A stretch of 47,186 nt of DNA from Chromera velia (GCA_018398765.1 JAHBMJ010000448.1:1-47186), one strand, 5' to 3'. Shown: positions 24,301-37,830, counted from the first letter of the stretch. Translations and numbers: made by a program. The notes: a model not told the origin generated them from the letters alone.

Positions 24301-27300
24301 CGGAGGGGGACGACATTCCACGGTATATCGGGCACGTGCGCCCCCCCAGCCTCAAGCCATTCCCTCATCAACCCAAGTCACATCGGCAGTCCCGACTTCT
24401 AGGGTTCCTCTGGCGGGGGGGGGCTTTGTCCAACTTCCGTTGTTGTCTGAGAATCCGTTTGCGGGTATCACGGTGAATCGGGACGGTATCGGATTTCGAT
24501 CTCTCACCAAGAGAACGTCTTCTCGTCATCAACACAAAAAGGACAGAGACAGAGAGAGGGGGGAGAGCAGATGCGAAAGAGTCATGAGAGGTGCGCCTGT
24601 GAATGCCCATGCAATCAATAGAGGCCCGGTCCATGCACACGCAGGAGGGAGACGCCTATCACCCCTCAAGGTTTACATCTCAACGACAGGGGACCACGGT
24701 AGACCCCCCCCCGACTCCGCACGCGATTGCGGGGCAGAAGCGGACCTTCAGACTTTGAGGGCCAAAGCAGCAGCCCTCCTTCAGGGCATAGCAGGGCAGA
24801 CAGAGGAAGCGACAACAACAGATGGAAAACCTAGCAGTATGGCCTTGACTACTAGGAGGGCTACAGACCCCCTCCCGGGGGGTGTCTTCCTAAGACAGCT
24901 GAAACAGCAGCAAGCGGGCCAGGGGTTGGACGGCCTTGAGAAGAGACGGGGGTCGTGTCCTGAAGCAGGGTCGCCTGCTCCTTTGTGTACTGACGGACCC
25001 CTTTGCCTGCCCTGTCCGGCGTGCAACGGGTGCAATGAGTCGTGCTCCCAGTGTTGCGGTAGTGGGAAGTGCCCCCCCTGCTGTCCCCTCATTGATCCCT
25101 CCACCTGCCCCCACCAACGTCGATTCTGCATCGACTGCGGTGAGACCTTCGGAGACATTTGCGAAGTACGGAAGGGTCTGGGACTCTCCTGTGAGAGCCC
25201 TCCGCCTTCTTGTCCTCACTTGACGGGCTTCTGTTTTGACTGTGGCAGTCAGCTGGTCGGTTTGGCCAACCGGAAGCCCAACGCTCTGTTTCCACAGAGT
25301 CAACAGACAACGGAGGAAAGCAGCGTGCCGACAGGAGGCAATCAAAGACAGTGGAAGGCCTCGTCAGAAGAGACCCCATCCTCCGCGGACTCCCACCCTC
25401 CCACGACAGTGCAGGAAGGGAGGGGGGGTCGGGAGAGAGACGGAAGAGGATCTCGGGAAAGGGGGCGACGTTCGGCATCTCCCCGTAGGGAAGGGGAGGA
25501 GGACAGACAAGGGCAGAGACGCCGAAGAAGCAGGGACACAGATGATGTGGCAGGGCGGGTAAGTGACTACATCCGCCGGCCCATCTCCGAGAGGACAGCC
25601 TACTCTCCTGGGAGAAGAAGAAGGAGTCCGGAGGACAGACGGCGCCGTAGTGGGGACAGAGAAAGAGACAGAGACAGACGGTGGCTGTCGGCCGACGAGG
25701 GTGCTTCCCGTCCCTCATCAGGTCAGACATCCTACGCATCCTCACACTACCATCCAGGTCGCCATTCGAGGCGGCATGGGGGACGTCACGGCCGCAGTGG
25801 TGGCAGGTCCCGTTCCCCCTTTCGCAGGGGTGTTCGTATCTGCAAAGACAGTTACTCTTCTGCCAATGCCTCCCCTTCCTCGAAAAATAGGCATAGGGAT
25901 GGGAAGAGAAGGGGAAATGGAGAAACAGTTGAGGATGGAGCAGGTGAGGTCGTGGAAAACGATGGAGATTACGTTGTGCTCAGACTGAGCAAAGAGGTCA
26001 CTCAGGACATATTCACTCGACTGATAAGGAGCACCTCAACCAGAAGCACAGACCATGCCCCAGGAGGAAATCCATCTGACGCAACAGGCTCCCCTCCAAT
26101 CGGGCCAGACGGCCTCCCTCCTCCCGTTTGTGTCCAGCCTGCATACGATGCGAATTTTATGCAGTGTGCTGGACCAGTCTACCTTCAGCAATACCCGCCG
26201 GCTGTTGACCCATACGGAGGGGCAGCTGTTTCCCCCCCCCTCCCCCAGGTTGCCCATGCAGCCCCATATCCCCCGCCGGGCCCCCCTGCCCCCGCCCAGT
26301 CCCCCCCCGACACCACCGGAACACCATCCCAAGGCCCGTCCTCCCAACAGCAGTCGCCCCTGGGGGTCATGCACGTCTTCGCTCAGCCGTCCCCCGAGCC
26401 CGCACCTCCCGAGAAGACGAATGCTGACGGCTTAGACCAAAATGGGGCAGCTCTGTTCCGTCGCCTGCCGTCAAAGGACAGAGACAGAGAGCGGGAGTGC
26501 AGGGAGATGAGGCCTCAAACCGCAATGGGGAGAGAAGACCAACCACAGTACCGAGTGGGAAGGCCCAAGAGTGGAATGCGACCTCCGCCTGATGGCGACA
26601 GAGAGAGGGACTGGAAAGGGTGGGACGACAGGGGAGGAAGAGACAGGGACAGGGACAGAGATCGGGGGTATGGGAGGGGAGGAGAGCGTCATGTAGTCAG
26701 AGGAGGTCATTGGAATTCCTCTTCTCGATCCTTCTCTGGGTATTCTGATGAGGGTTCAGACACTGGACGGGGAGGGAGGGGAGGATACAGACGAGACAGG
26801 CCTGTGTCTGCCTCAGCCTCAGCCTCCACGTCCCAAGCCTATTCAGGCGACTTACACCTCCGATCTGTTCCTGAATATGACCGGCCTGACAGAAGACCGC
26901 GTCGAGACGACAGAGACAGAGACGGTCAGTGGATCGATGCATGAATTTCGACACAATATTTCCCAAATGGGTAAGCACATCGTGGAAATCACAGGAAGAT
27001 GAAAAGGGGGCAAAATCGTATAACGGCTTTTCGTTTCGCGTCTTATGAGAACGACTTCTCGAAAGCAGATTTATGTGGGGCTCTTTCACGGTGAAACTTC
27101 ATTTCCTTATTGTTCTTGGTTTTTAGTCATTTTTGCCAACCCCTTTTTGAATGCATGCAGATCGATACGACAGGGGAGGAGGACGCGATGGGCGTCGACT
27201 GCAGAGATACGGGAGTTTGGGAGACACGGGAGATTCTCGGGAGGGTGATGGTCACTGTCCTTTTCCTGAAGCAGGAGGAGGGGAGAGGTATGGTCGGGGA

Positions 27301-28606
27301 CCGAAGCCTTCAAGAGGACCCCAAAGAGGAAACAGCAGAGGAGGGCACAGGGACAGAGACAGAGACAGACGAGGAGGGGGGGAAAGGTCAAGTAGGAGAA
27401 AACGCAGACACAGTTATCGATCCTACGAAGACCCAGGAGTTGTCTATAAAGACCACCACCGACATCCAAACTACTATTACCCATACGACTGTGATTACCC
27501 CCCCCCGTCACCAGGCTGGGGTCCCTATTACCCCCCACCCCCCGTCGTTGCAAAGCCTTCACACAACGATCCAAGAGGCCACCCCCACCGCCTTCCACGC
27601 CCCCCTCCCCCGGCCCAAACCATCACACCCCCTGCATGCGGAGTAGAGGCACCCCCACCCCCGGTCCAGGTTGCAGAGGCCATCATGGAGCCCCACGCGG
27701 CCTCCGGCTCTACTGCCTCTGCGGCCACTGCAAGTCTACCCCCCCCCGAACAAAACGCAGGGGAACCAGGCTCACACTCCCAGACCGTCACGTCCCCCAG
27801 CCACTCCTCACAGGCCCACCCGGGCGGCGGGATGGCCTCTGGATCGGGGACCGGGTCTGGGAGCTCGATGTTGGTGCAGTGGGGAGCTCGGCCGCCCGAC
27901 AAGAAATATACTCTCCGTGCGACGGTGGGACAGTGGAAGGGGCAACGGCTTCTGTGGAAGAATCCGGCGAGGCACCAGGCGGCCCTCCGTCTTGCAACCA
28001 GCGACCCCGAGGCTGTGCTCTTCAGGTCGGTCCGTTGGCTTTGGTCGGCAGGCACATTGTTGGATTCAGAAAACAGTAGGAAGCTGTTTTTGCTGTTGCA
28101 GTTAAGGGGTAGATCGATAAGAGAACGGCTTGCATTGAAAGATATGGCATCTCGTGTGTCCCGGCCAAGACAGTTTTTGACAGGTAAGCTGAGCACAAAA
28201 CTGCTCCCCCCTGGTCTGCGTCGCTGCAAGGTGTGCGTGTGTGTGTTTGTGTGTGTGTGATATAGACAGTGAGAGATGAAGACACGCGAAAGTGGGGATT
28301 GCTCAATGAGTCTGAGAATCACTTTGAAAACAGCAGCTCATGTCTGTTTGGGTCTTTTTGGTCCGTGTACATGTGCAGAGAACCAGAGGTGTCCGTGCCC
28401 CCCCTTGCTCGAGGAAAAATTTTCTTCTCGCTGGTGCCGGTCAGTACGCTGCATCGATCGCTCCCTTTAGTCATCATCATTGTGGTCCCAAGTTCTGCCT
28501 GTCTACAAAAAGTTTCCTAGACAGAAAGGTCTCATAATCTTTTTGACTGAATGAGTTTTGCTCACAGACCGTAGAGGCTGACAAAATTGCCTGTTCTGTG
28601 CTCAAG

Positions 28607-28646
<40 letters not shown>

Positions 28647-28926
28647 CCTCTCCTACACAGACACGTACGTACGCACTGTCTTTTCTGTGTTCGTTGTTGC
28701 TCCTCTTCCGCTTTTTTCTTGTTTTTCTGTCCTTCCGATTGTTCCTTCTCCAATGGCTTCGCCACTTCTGCTTTTCCTTCCTGGAGGCCTTTTGTTTTTC
28801 TTCCTTCCCTTTTCTCTCCTACAGGCAAGCGAGCCTGGAGAGAGCACTTATTTCATCTACCTGGTCGACAAGGACACCATGGAGTGCAAGGAGAACATTC
28901 AGGTGGACGTCATATATCAGGACTGA
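21358..28926 (+). CDS. Large (~2086 aa) low-complexity protein (Q/P/R/S/G-rich, Cys clusters) with a C-terminal Ig-like domain resembling the NPHP4 C-terminus; 5 exons
   Basis: Exons 21358-22221, 22556-26924, 27161-28025, 28379-28439 and 28825-28926; all GT-AG and phase-consistent (6261 nt, ending TGA). The spliced C-terminus PPDKKYTLRATVGQWKGQRLLWKNPARHQAALRLATSDPEAVLFREPEVSVPPLARGKIFFSLVPASEPGESTYFIYLVDKDTMECKENIQVDVIYQD resembles the last NPHP4 Ig-like domain (K.I.Y.NP...R.F.L.S..P.L+.F.E..+.+.P......L.F.P......+FIND....EE...+.V.Y). The gene model is solid; the domain call is tentative. Confidence 0.8.
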
Positions 28927-31201
28927 ATTAACCCATTCATGCATTCATGGGTGTCGAATCGGTCAAACGGAGCAGCAGAGAAAGAAACACATGCAGACTG
29001 AGGGAAGGGAGAGCGGCGTCTGTAAGTGAAAAGGAAGGCAGCTTGATGTGAAAAGTGAGGATTGACCAAGACTTTTAGGTGGAGGACAGATCGGGAGCTG
29101 GTACGTCTCTCAGAGGAGACAAGCAGACCCTCGGACCGAATCGTGATGCAATTCCCTGTAACCCTCCTCCCGTCCTTTTTTCTCTGTCTTCACTCCCTCT
29201 CGTCCGGCCTCGGTGTTGTTTGTATGTACAGGAAGGAGGAAGGAGACACAAAATACTCATGTACGCAAAAATAGAGAGCACAAAAGGGGCCATGAAGAAT
29301 GACACTTTGATGGTCAACTCGACGACCCCTTTTCCCTCCTCACCCCCACCCCTCCACCTTCCGTTGCCTGCTCCTTCCTCTTTCGCTCCGCCTTCGATCT
29401 TTTTGCCTTTAGACTTTCACTCCATCAATTTGCGAGCGAGGAAAAAATGAAGTCAGGCATCACCGACGACTCCCTCTGTCTGTCACACTTGACTTTAAGG
29501 GCTGAATGGGGAATGAGATTTCCTCTTCCCTCTCCCCTCTCCCCTCTCCCCTCTTCCTTCATTCCTTCCGGGGAGGCAAAGGGGAGGTCTCCCACCACCC
29601 TGTCACGGTATCGTGGATGAATGGAGTCAGTTCGCTCAATTGCATGCAAATTAATGGGTTGTCGTCGGAGGATCGAATTCCCCCCATGCAGGAGGGATCT
29701 ATCTCATGCACTTACTGCATGTTTGAATTGAGTTGAGGCGATTTGGTAGTCATACACTTTCTTAACCATTCACATTCAATTCAACTGCAACCCTTCTCTT
29801 TAATTGAAGTGCGTTCACCAATGACTAAGACGCAAGAGGTGGGAAAGGAAAGTGAGAGGTGGATGGATGTATCTGAATCGAATAATCTGATTCGCGTGGA
29901 ATCCTTAAAAGCGTCACCGCTCAAGCTTTTGCAGATTCACTTGGTGGATTTTGCTAACATGCATATACAGTAGGTGACACTCACTTTTCATAAAATGGAT
30001 ATCTTATCTACTGAGCTAGTTACCTGGTATCCTAACCTGGATGCCAACACGCACCTCTAGATGCACCTGCTATTAGTAAAAATCATGATTAATGTCAAAT
30101 CTGGTGCTAGATCTGGTGTCAAACAACATTTGCAAGTTTGTTAATGAATACAATAATTAATTGAATGCATTATCCAGTGACTACTGTTAATTATCATCAT
30201 TTTAAAGTTTATTATCAAATAGTGATGAAAAGGTATTCTAGTATATTCTAGTCTAGAGCTAGGTCTAGAGATGTCTAGAGTGATAATAAGATTATGGGAG
30301 CCTCTTGTGCAGTGCGTGTGTGATATATAGAGATTGATGCCAGTGTGTAAGGACAAGTTATCGAGGAACTTTTACACCCCCAATTAATTAAAATGCTAAA
30401 GCAGGACCAACAGTGCAGCTCCAGTTCACCATGCATTTCCTTATCCAAAAGGGGCCGGTGGAAATGCAGAACCAAAGCGCGACGGCATTATAACGTGACA
30501 GTCTTCTCTTTCCTAGTCTCTTTGCATGAACAAGATCGACCGCGATCTTCCTGCAATCCATGAATCCGACAGCACTCTGCAAGGCTTAATTCCCAGCAAG
30601 AACAGCTAGCGCAATCAACCGACTTCCAAGGCTGCATGGGGTTCCAGCTTGATCGTCACAAATTGACTCGATCATATGGTTAATTATGTGACCAGTTTCA
30701 AAGAGATTCGAGAATTTGGAAGTCAACGGAAGCTCTTTTCTTACTTTGCCAAATCGTAGTTAGGGACGAATCATCTCGATTTCTCGTGCTTGCTTACCAA
30801 GCAACTTTCATGTCTGTGCCTCCAGAGGAGGTTAGGCGTTTTTTCGTCGTTATCGTGGCACTGTCATTTGGTCTTTTGCTGCATGATGCGGAGTCATTAT
30901 GGTATGTTTCCTTGCTTTATTGAAGGTAAGTGAGTGAGTCAGGTTTCGGCGTGACTCTTTTGTGTCGTATGATATGTCGACAGGCAGCTCTCTCTTCCCC
31001 CTTTTTTTGCTATTTCTGTTTTTTTGGGTCGTGTGATTGAAGGGGGGTAGGAAAAATCGGATGAAATTGGAAACAATCACGAAAAAAACGGATGCAACTG
31101 AGTTTCGTTTCTCACCGTGCATTTTTCTCTCCCCCCCCCCTCTCTCTCTGTGTGTGTGTGTGTGTGTGTGTACACATGTGTGTGTGTGCGTGTGTGTTCA
31201 T

Positions 31202-32712
31202 TTAGAAGTCTTGACTCCAGTCGTCGGGGCCGTTGAGCTCGCCGGCATCGTGGGCGAGGGAGAGGGCGGAGCGTGACAGGCGAGCAGCATGGGCGGCCTT
31301 GTGTGGAATACGGATGCCGGTCTTGTGTCTTTGGAGGAACTCAACGTGCTTCTGCGAGTGGTTGTCCGTGATCACGTCCTGCTCGTTGTCGGTGGAGTCC
31401 TCCTGATTGATTTGGGGCTGGTCAGAGATGGACTTGAGGTTACCGTTCGGGCCGTACATGGTCTGTTCGTTCAACCCGTTGATTCTGAGGAAATTCGGAG
31501 GGGGGGCAAACTGGACGTCGTTCTCATCGTCCTTGAAAACGATGGTGTCCTTATCCTCATTCAGAAGAACCGACTGGCTTTCCTTCTTGGCCAGCTTGCT
31601 GGTGCTGTCAAGCATTGTGGTGTAGGGCTCTCCGATATCCTTCAACTGAAGGTTACGGTCGTAGGCCTCATTCTCCAAGTGGGCAGCCCCCTTGACCTTC
31701 CCACCAGAGCTGAACAGCTTTCGCTTCATGTTCGTGGTGTCCCAAAACTTGTTCTCCTTGAGAACGTTGGCCTCGAGCCACTTTTCGTACTCGGCCTGTC
31801 GTTGAACCCACGTGGCGTAGAAGGAGCGGATGCGGGCGTAGGATGTGGCAATGGCATGAGTGCTCGTCTGGTGGTCGTTCTCCCATCTGCACATGCACGT
31901 TCGTCAATTCATTCATCGATTCATCCGTTTATTCATTTATTCACTCACTTACTCATTCACATATGCTAGCATATTCACACTATTCCGGTTTTCTCTTACT
32001 CTTTTGCAGAAAACCTTTCTGGCCCAATCGGCCACTTGGAGGAACAAACGTTCAAAAACTTTCTGTCTCTTCGTTCCTTCCACCCCCCCTCTGTCTGGCC
32101 GCTTTTCAAGAAGACAGACAGACTGGCTGATAGATAAACAAACAGAAGAGAAAAAACAAGCAGAGAGACTTTCGGATGGATAGATGAACAGTCAGGCCTA
32201 GAACTAGACGGACGGATGGACGGACCCCTTTTTGTGCACTTGAATGAGGTCTCCCTTTCGGTGAGCGTCGTTGAAGATTCCGTACATGTGCGCAATTCCG
32301 TTGGCGTCCGTCTCTGTTCTCTTCGAGTTTTCCTCAATCAGTCGGAACCATTGCCAGAGAGAGTTGGCCACCTGATTCAGGTCCTTCTCGACAACCCAGG
32401 CCTTCCCGGCTTGTGAGAACTGATCCGCTGTGCTGTCCGTTACCTGCAGACATGCAGGCAGGCAGGCAGGCAGGCAGGCCGAGAGGGAGGGACGGAGGGA
32501 GGGAGAGAGGAACAGAGTTAGGAATGCAAGATTCACCAGAAAGAGCATAACCTGAAGCCGTCAATTCGCTTGGGAGTTTGGTGTCTCTCTGTGCATTGTC
32601 GACGTTGATTCTTTCTCCCTTGCTTTCTTTCTCCCTGCCATCCCCACACACCCCCTCTTTGTTTGTTTGTTTGTTTGTTTCTTTCTTTCTTTCTTTCTTT
32701 CTTTCTCTCTTC

Positions 32713-32746
<34 letters not shown>

Positions 32747-34733
32747 CTCTTTCTTTCACCATTTCTTGTTTGGGTACTCAAACGCACATAACCCAAAGCG
32801 GTCTTTTAATGGATTGACACCCACGAACGTACCGCTGCTTTGATAAATGCCTTTGCGAGCGTCTCGTCAACATTTTGCAGGGCCTGCGCCGCGAGAGCCG
32901 CGGTGGGTAGGGGAGTGTCCTCGAAGTCGGTGGGCATCAGGGACTCGATGTAGGTCTGGAACTGATCGACACCTGCCTGGCGACTGGCCTGAAAGTTTAA
33001 TGCAAACAAACAGAAAGGAAAACAGCGAGAAGGAAATGCAGAAAACAGAGAGAGAGAGAGAGACGCGATCACTCAATGCTCGTCGGACTCTCGAGCAGCA
33101 GGCGGATCACAGTCTTCCTTTCTTCCTTCCAAGTCTTCTTTCTTTCATCCATTCCTGCTTTCCTTCCTTCCAAGTTTTCTTTTATTTTTCAGGACGGCAT
33201 GCCTAGCTCTCGAAGCTTACATGTAGGGACTCGATCTGCTTCATGGTCTCCTCTCACCGGATCCTGGCGACCAGATCATCCCCCTTATCCCCCATTCTCT
33301 TTTCAAACCGGTTACTGTTACTTGAGCATGCGAGTGCATATTGATTTATCCATCAGAAAGACAAATAGACAGAAAGACAAAAAGACAGACAGACAAAAAG
33401 ACAGACAGACAGACAGACAAAAAGGCAGATGGATAGATAGACAGACAGACAGACCTCAGGGTAGGCTCTGAAGAACTTGAGGCCCTCTGCTGTCCACCCG
33501 CCGTTGGGGGGCTCCAGCTCCTTCTGCTTCATCGCGGGACGGTCGATGACGTGCGTCATCGTGGCACCCACAGCCCTGCACGATCGATGGTTGCATGCAT
33601 GCAGGCATGCGTTCATTGCAGGTGCACAGGTGTTGCGTCTTTTCTTGTCTCTCTCCATGTGAGGATCTCTGTTCAGGCCTGTCCCCTCCGTCTCTGCGTG
33701 TGTATGTCTGGGTACGTTAATCAAAAGCTCTAGACAGACAGATACAGGGCCGACTCACCAGACGTCTCCGAGGAAGTTGTCCTGCATCCATGGCTCCCCT
33801 CCCTTGCGGGCTGCCCTCTGGAATGCGTGGTAGAACTCGTAGTTGGCGTACTCCTCCGTCACTGCAGAGGGCACGTCGCACCTCCTTTTGACGCCCTGGT
33901 CCTCCGTCTCGCCCTCCTCGCACTGGGACGCACCCCCAAGATCGATGAGGATGATCGATCCGTCCTCTCCGTCTGCCATGAAGTTGTCGGGCTTCATGTC
34001 GTTGTGGGCCCACCCAACTTTGTGCATGTCCTCAAGAGATTCCAGAAGAACCTTCGCCATGTACTTCATCGCATTGACGTATCTGCATGCGTGCAGGGAC
34101 AAAGCATGACAAGCAGAGAATATTTATCATCAGAGTGCGAAAGTGAAACCCTTGTAGATCTGACGATTGCTGCGTGGGGGCCATGTATGGGTGAGCCAGA
34201 TAGGAACCTAACGCCTCCAACAGCAGGAAGAAATCGAGCTTCGGTGGTCTCTCTGCTCCAGTAAGTCAACCCGTCTGCAGCCTCCGATTCTTTTGCCTTC
34301 CTTCTCTGTGTTCCCTTTCTTCCTTTCACCAATCATATTCCTGCACGCACAGTCTCATAAATGGCGCAGAGACTACAAGTAAAAAAGAGTGATTGCATTC
34401 TTGCACGTACTTCCCCATGATAGCAGTCTGCTTCTGCACCTTCTGGTCATCGTCGGAAGGGATGTCATACATCTGCATGCGGAGGGACGCGAAGGAAGCA
34501 ATTGAGGGCACAGACAGGGAGTACATGCATGGAAGCATTGCAGAAAGACAGAAAAGAGAGAAGCTAGCACAACCAGGAGACGGCGATCTGCGATGGGAAG
34601 CAGTCTCCGAGCCAGCGACTGTCACAGAGGGAACAGGTGATTGCAGCAGCACGCTCGCGCGCACTCACCCACACGCAGAGGGAGAGAAACAAAGAGGAGA
34701 GACGGGGGAAAGTCAACGCAACACCACACAATT

Positions 34734-34764
<31 letters not shown>

Positions 34765-35816
34765 TTGACCGGATCACACCGACTCACCAAGTTGGATGTG
34801 AGCTCTCTGAGCTTCCTTCCAATGTTCAGGCCGTCACCCCCGTTGTAGTATTTCATCACCATCATGTCCTCGATGCGGTCTCCCCTGACGATGTTGGCCC
34901 ACCCATAGACTTCCGCCAGGTGGCGTTGCGGTTTATTCTCGTCACGTGCGGCCTCGTAAAGGGTCTTGTAGGTGATGAACTCTGTCTCTGTGACTCCCCT
35001 GGGCTCCTCCACAACCTCCTCCTCGTCGTTGTCGTTCGAGTTGTCGGTGGTCTCCTCCTGCAGTTCGATCGTGTCCTCCTGTTCTGTGCTTTGGTTCAGC
35101 TTCTGCTTCTGCTCTTTGTTGTGCTCCTGCAAGGCTTTGTGCACGAGCTGCTCGTGCGCGGTTTGCGCGCGCATGTCAGACCTATCGGTCTTGCAGATGA
35201 AGAGCATGTCGCCGTTGGTGGTGGGGTAGGTGAAGAGGTTGGTGCTTCCCTGAGTCCCCTGGCCCTTCTTTTTGTGACCGCCAGTGAGTGGGGACAAGTC
35301 AAGGGGCACGGTGGCGGCGGTGGTGTCTCGGGGGTACTGGTCATCCAGGCGTTCGACCCATGAACAGGTGTCGCCCTTCTTCCTTCTTCTGATGCCGTGG
35401 CCAGAGTGCAGGGTGTCCTCGACCTCAATTCCTTGCTCGTCCATCCACGCAAGCTTAGCTTTCTGGAGCATCTTCTCTTGCTCGACGCACCAGAGGCTTT
35501 CTGTGGAAACGGCGTTGCCCACAGCGTTCGCTGAAGCTACCTGCTTCTTTTTCCATGTCAACTCCTGCATCAGGTTGACGATGTCAAGGCACCTCTGCTT
35601 CATGTCCTGGATTTGCGCGATTCGCACATCAAAGTTCTGGCCTCCCATCTGGTGGTATTTGGCCTCCATGCGGTTGTACTCGGCAACCATTGCGTTGACC
35701 TGCTTCGCATTGGCACTCGCGTTATAACGCTTTTTGACGGTCAGAAGGATCTGGCCACCCAGCGTGAGATGGATCAGCTGTGAAAAGAGTACAAAGAAGG
35801 ACACGTTTACCCTCAT
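31202..35816 (-). CDS. Eukaryotic Ser/Thr-type protein kinase, ~864 aa, with putative N-terminal signal peptide; 7 exons
   Basis: Exons 34788-35816, 34411-34472, 33759-34082, 33455-33575, 32833-32988, 32226-32443 and 31202-31886; GT-AG and phase-consistent (2595 nt). Motifs: Gly loop GQGTQG, LFICK, helix-C AHEQ, hinge MVMKYY, catalytic HNDMKPDN, DLG, and DVWAVG across a splice junction. The N-terminus MRVNVSFFVLFSQLIHLTLGGQ is signal-peptide-like. Confidence 0.88.
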
Positions 35817-36077
35817 TTTGGTCTTCTAGTCAAGGTTTGGTCGGTGAATCGACTGGGACCGGAGACAAAAGTCGAATTCGGTTTGTCCGTCTGTGTTCGT
35901 TTACAGAAAATTCACCCTATCTTCTGGTCTGTTGACTTGTGTAGACAGGAAACCTCCCTTTTGCATATGGGAAAAATCAGACGTTGAAGGCAAATCAGAC
36001 GTCGAACACGATCGAACGATTAAAATTATGGAAGTCTTTCACACGTTTATAGCTGCCGTGTCCATCTTTCCATTCAC

Positions 36078-36245
36078 ATGCATGCGCATGCGTGATCATG
36101 CATGCATGCATGCATGCGTCCGTCCATCTTTCCACCATCTTTCCTCGCATGCATAGTCCGCCGCGGCGCGGCGCGCGCGGCGACGCCCGCCGCGTCCATG
36201 CATGCGTGCATGCATGATCGATTGGCATGATCGAATGCGATCATG
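36078..36245. promoter_or_regulatory. Dense TGCATG/CATGCA motif cluster around a CG-rich core, upstream of the kinase gene
   Basis: CATGCATGCGCATGCG, CATGCATGCATGCATGCATGC, CATGCATGCGTGCATGCATG and CCGCGGCGCGGCGCGCGCGG lie 260-430 nt upstream of the kinase ATG (35816). The regulatory role is inferred. Confidence 0.35.
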
Positions 36246-36636
36246 GGAGTTAGAGCAGTATGGTTGCTGACCCGGGTCCGGCACAAAAACATTAGTGCGC
36301 GGACCCGTGAAGCCGGAAAAAAAAAAATGTCCCGTACAAGAAAGGGTGCATGGTCTGTGAAAACGAAAACGATGTAGAATTCGGAGACTGCAAGAGACTG
36401 CAAAATTAACTATAATTGCGTGAGACGGCGATGTGTAACTGTGAGATAGAGACATGAAACCGAAATAGGTTGAAGAGTTGGAATTTTTTTGTAGGTGCGT
36501 TAGCGGGTGGATTAGCACTGTTTGAGAAAACAGGTGGAAGGAAGTAAAGAGACGGGCGTGGGATTAGACAGTTGTGTGTCTCGACAGGAGACGGCTAGTG
36601 GATGGAAGGAGATGGATATGTGGGTATCTTGTAGGT

Positions 36637-36870
<234 letters not shown>

Positions 36871-36940
36871 AGACGAGCCGGCAGCTGAGAACCCGAGTCA
36901 GTAGGTGATAGGTCTATATGTGGGTATGTGTGGCTGGTCT

Positions 36941-37266
36941 ATGTGTGTGTCTGTCTGTGTCTGCCTGTGTCTGTGTCTGTGTCTATGCCTGTCTGTGTCT
37001 GTCTGTGTCTATCTGTGTCTGTCTGTGTCTGTCTGTGTCTGTCTGTGTCTGTCAGACTGAGTCTGTGTCTGTCTGTGTCTGTCTGTCTGTCTCTGTACCG
37101 TTCTTTTTATTAATACTGCTGCTTTTGTACCTGAATATATTATAGAATTGAAAGAAACCTTTTGCCCACAGTGGAGGCCGTATTTCAATCACGGACGAGA
37201 CAGTTCATGCAGAGTTACACAGACAGACAGCCGGAAAAACAGACAGACAGACGGACAGCTAGACTG

Positions 37267-37301
<35 letters not shown>

Positions 37302-37302
37302 G

Positions 37303-37341
<39 letters not shown>

Positions 37342-37830
37342 GAGGCAGACATACACACAAACAGACACAGAGACGGGAAGCCACATCGACTGAGACAGAC
37401 AGACTGACAGACAGCCAGACAGACAGTCAGTCAGATAGACAGACAGACAGACTGACAGACAGACAGACAGACAGAAAGACAGCTTACAGACAGACAGACA
37501 GACTTAGTCAGACAGACAGCCAGACAGACAGACAGGCAGAGAGATAGACAGACACACAGACAAACAAACCGACAGACAGACAGACAGACACCCAGACAAA
37601 TAGACACCCAGACAAAAAGAACCAATAGCCACGAACACATCACGGAGACGGCACACACACAGACAGACACATACAGAGACAGACCAACAGACAGGAACAG
37701 ATACAAGGAGACGGCACACCTTTTTCCACAATGACACACAATGAACAGAGACGGCACACAGCCAGATACAGACAGAAACAGACAGACCAACAGATAGAAA
37801 CACATACAAGGAGACAGCACATGTTTTTCC
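36941..37830. repeat. Compound (TGTC)n tract (36941-37095) and (GACA)n tract (37217-37830) in opposite orientation
   Basis: Directly visible; the tracts are separated by a ~120-bp unique spacer. Confidence 0.9.

Noticed and set aside
28026..28260. Continuation of ORF 27151-28260 (SVRWLWSAG...RRCK)
   Set aside because: Better explained as intron read-through: the donor at 28026 splices in phase to 28379 and yields a coherent Ig-like domain.
31289..31969. 226-aa plus-strand ORF, and similar antisense ORFs at 3123-3905, 19308-19658, 27528-28322 and 34920-35727
   Set aside because: Shadow ORFs opposite well-supported GC-rich exons.
33221..33263. Possible extra kinase exon bounded by CAG and GTAAGC
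   Set aside because: At 43 nt it would break the frame between two phase-0 exons; excluded unless paired with another unseen exon.
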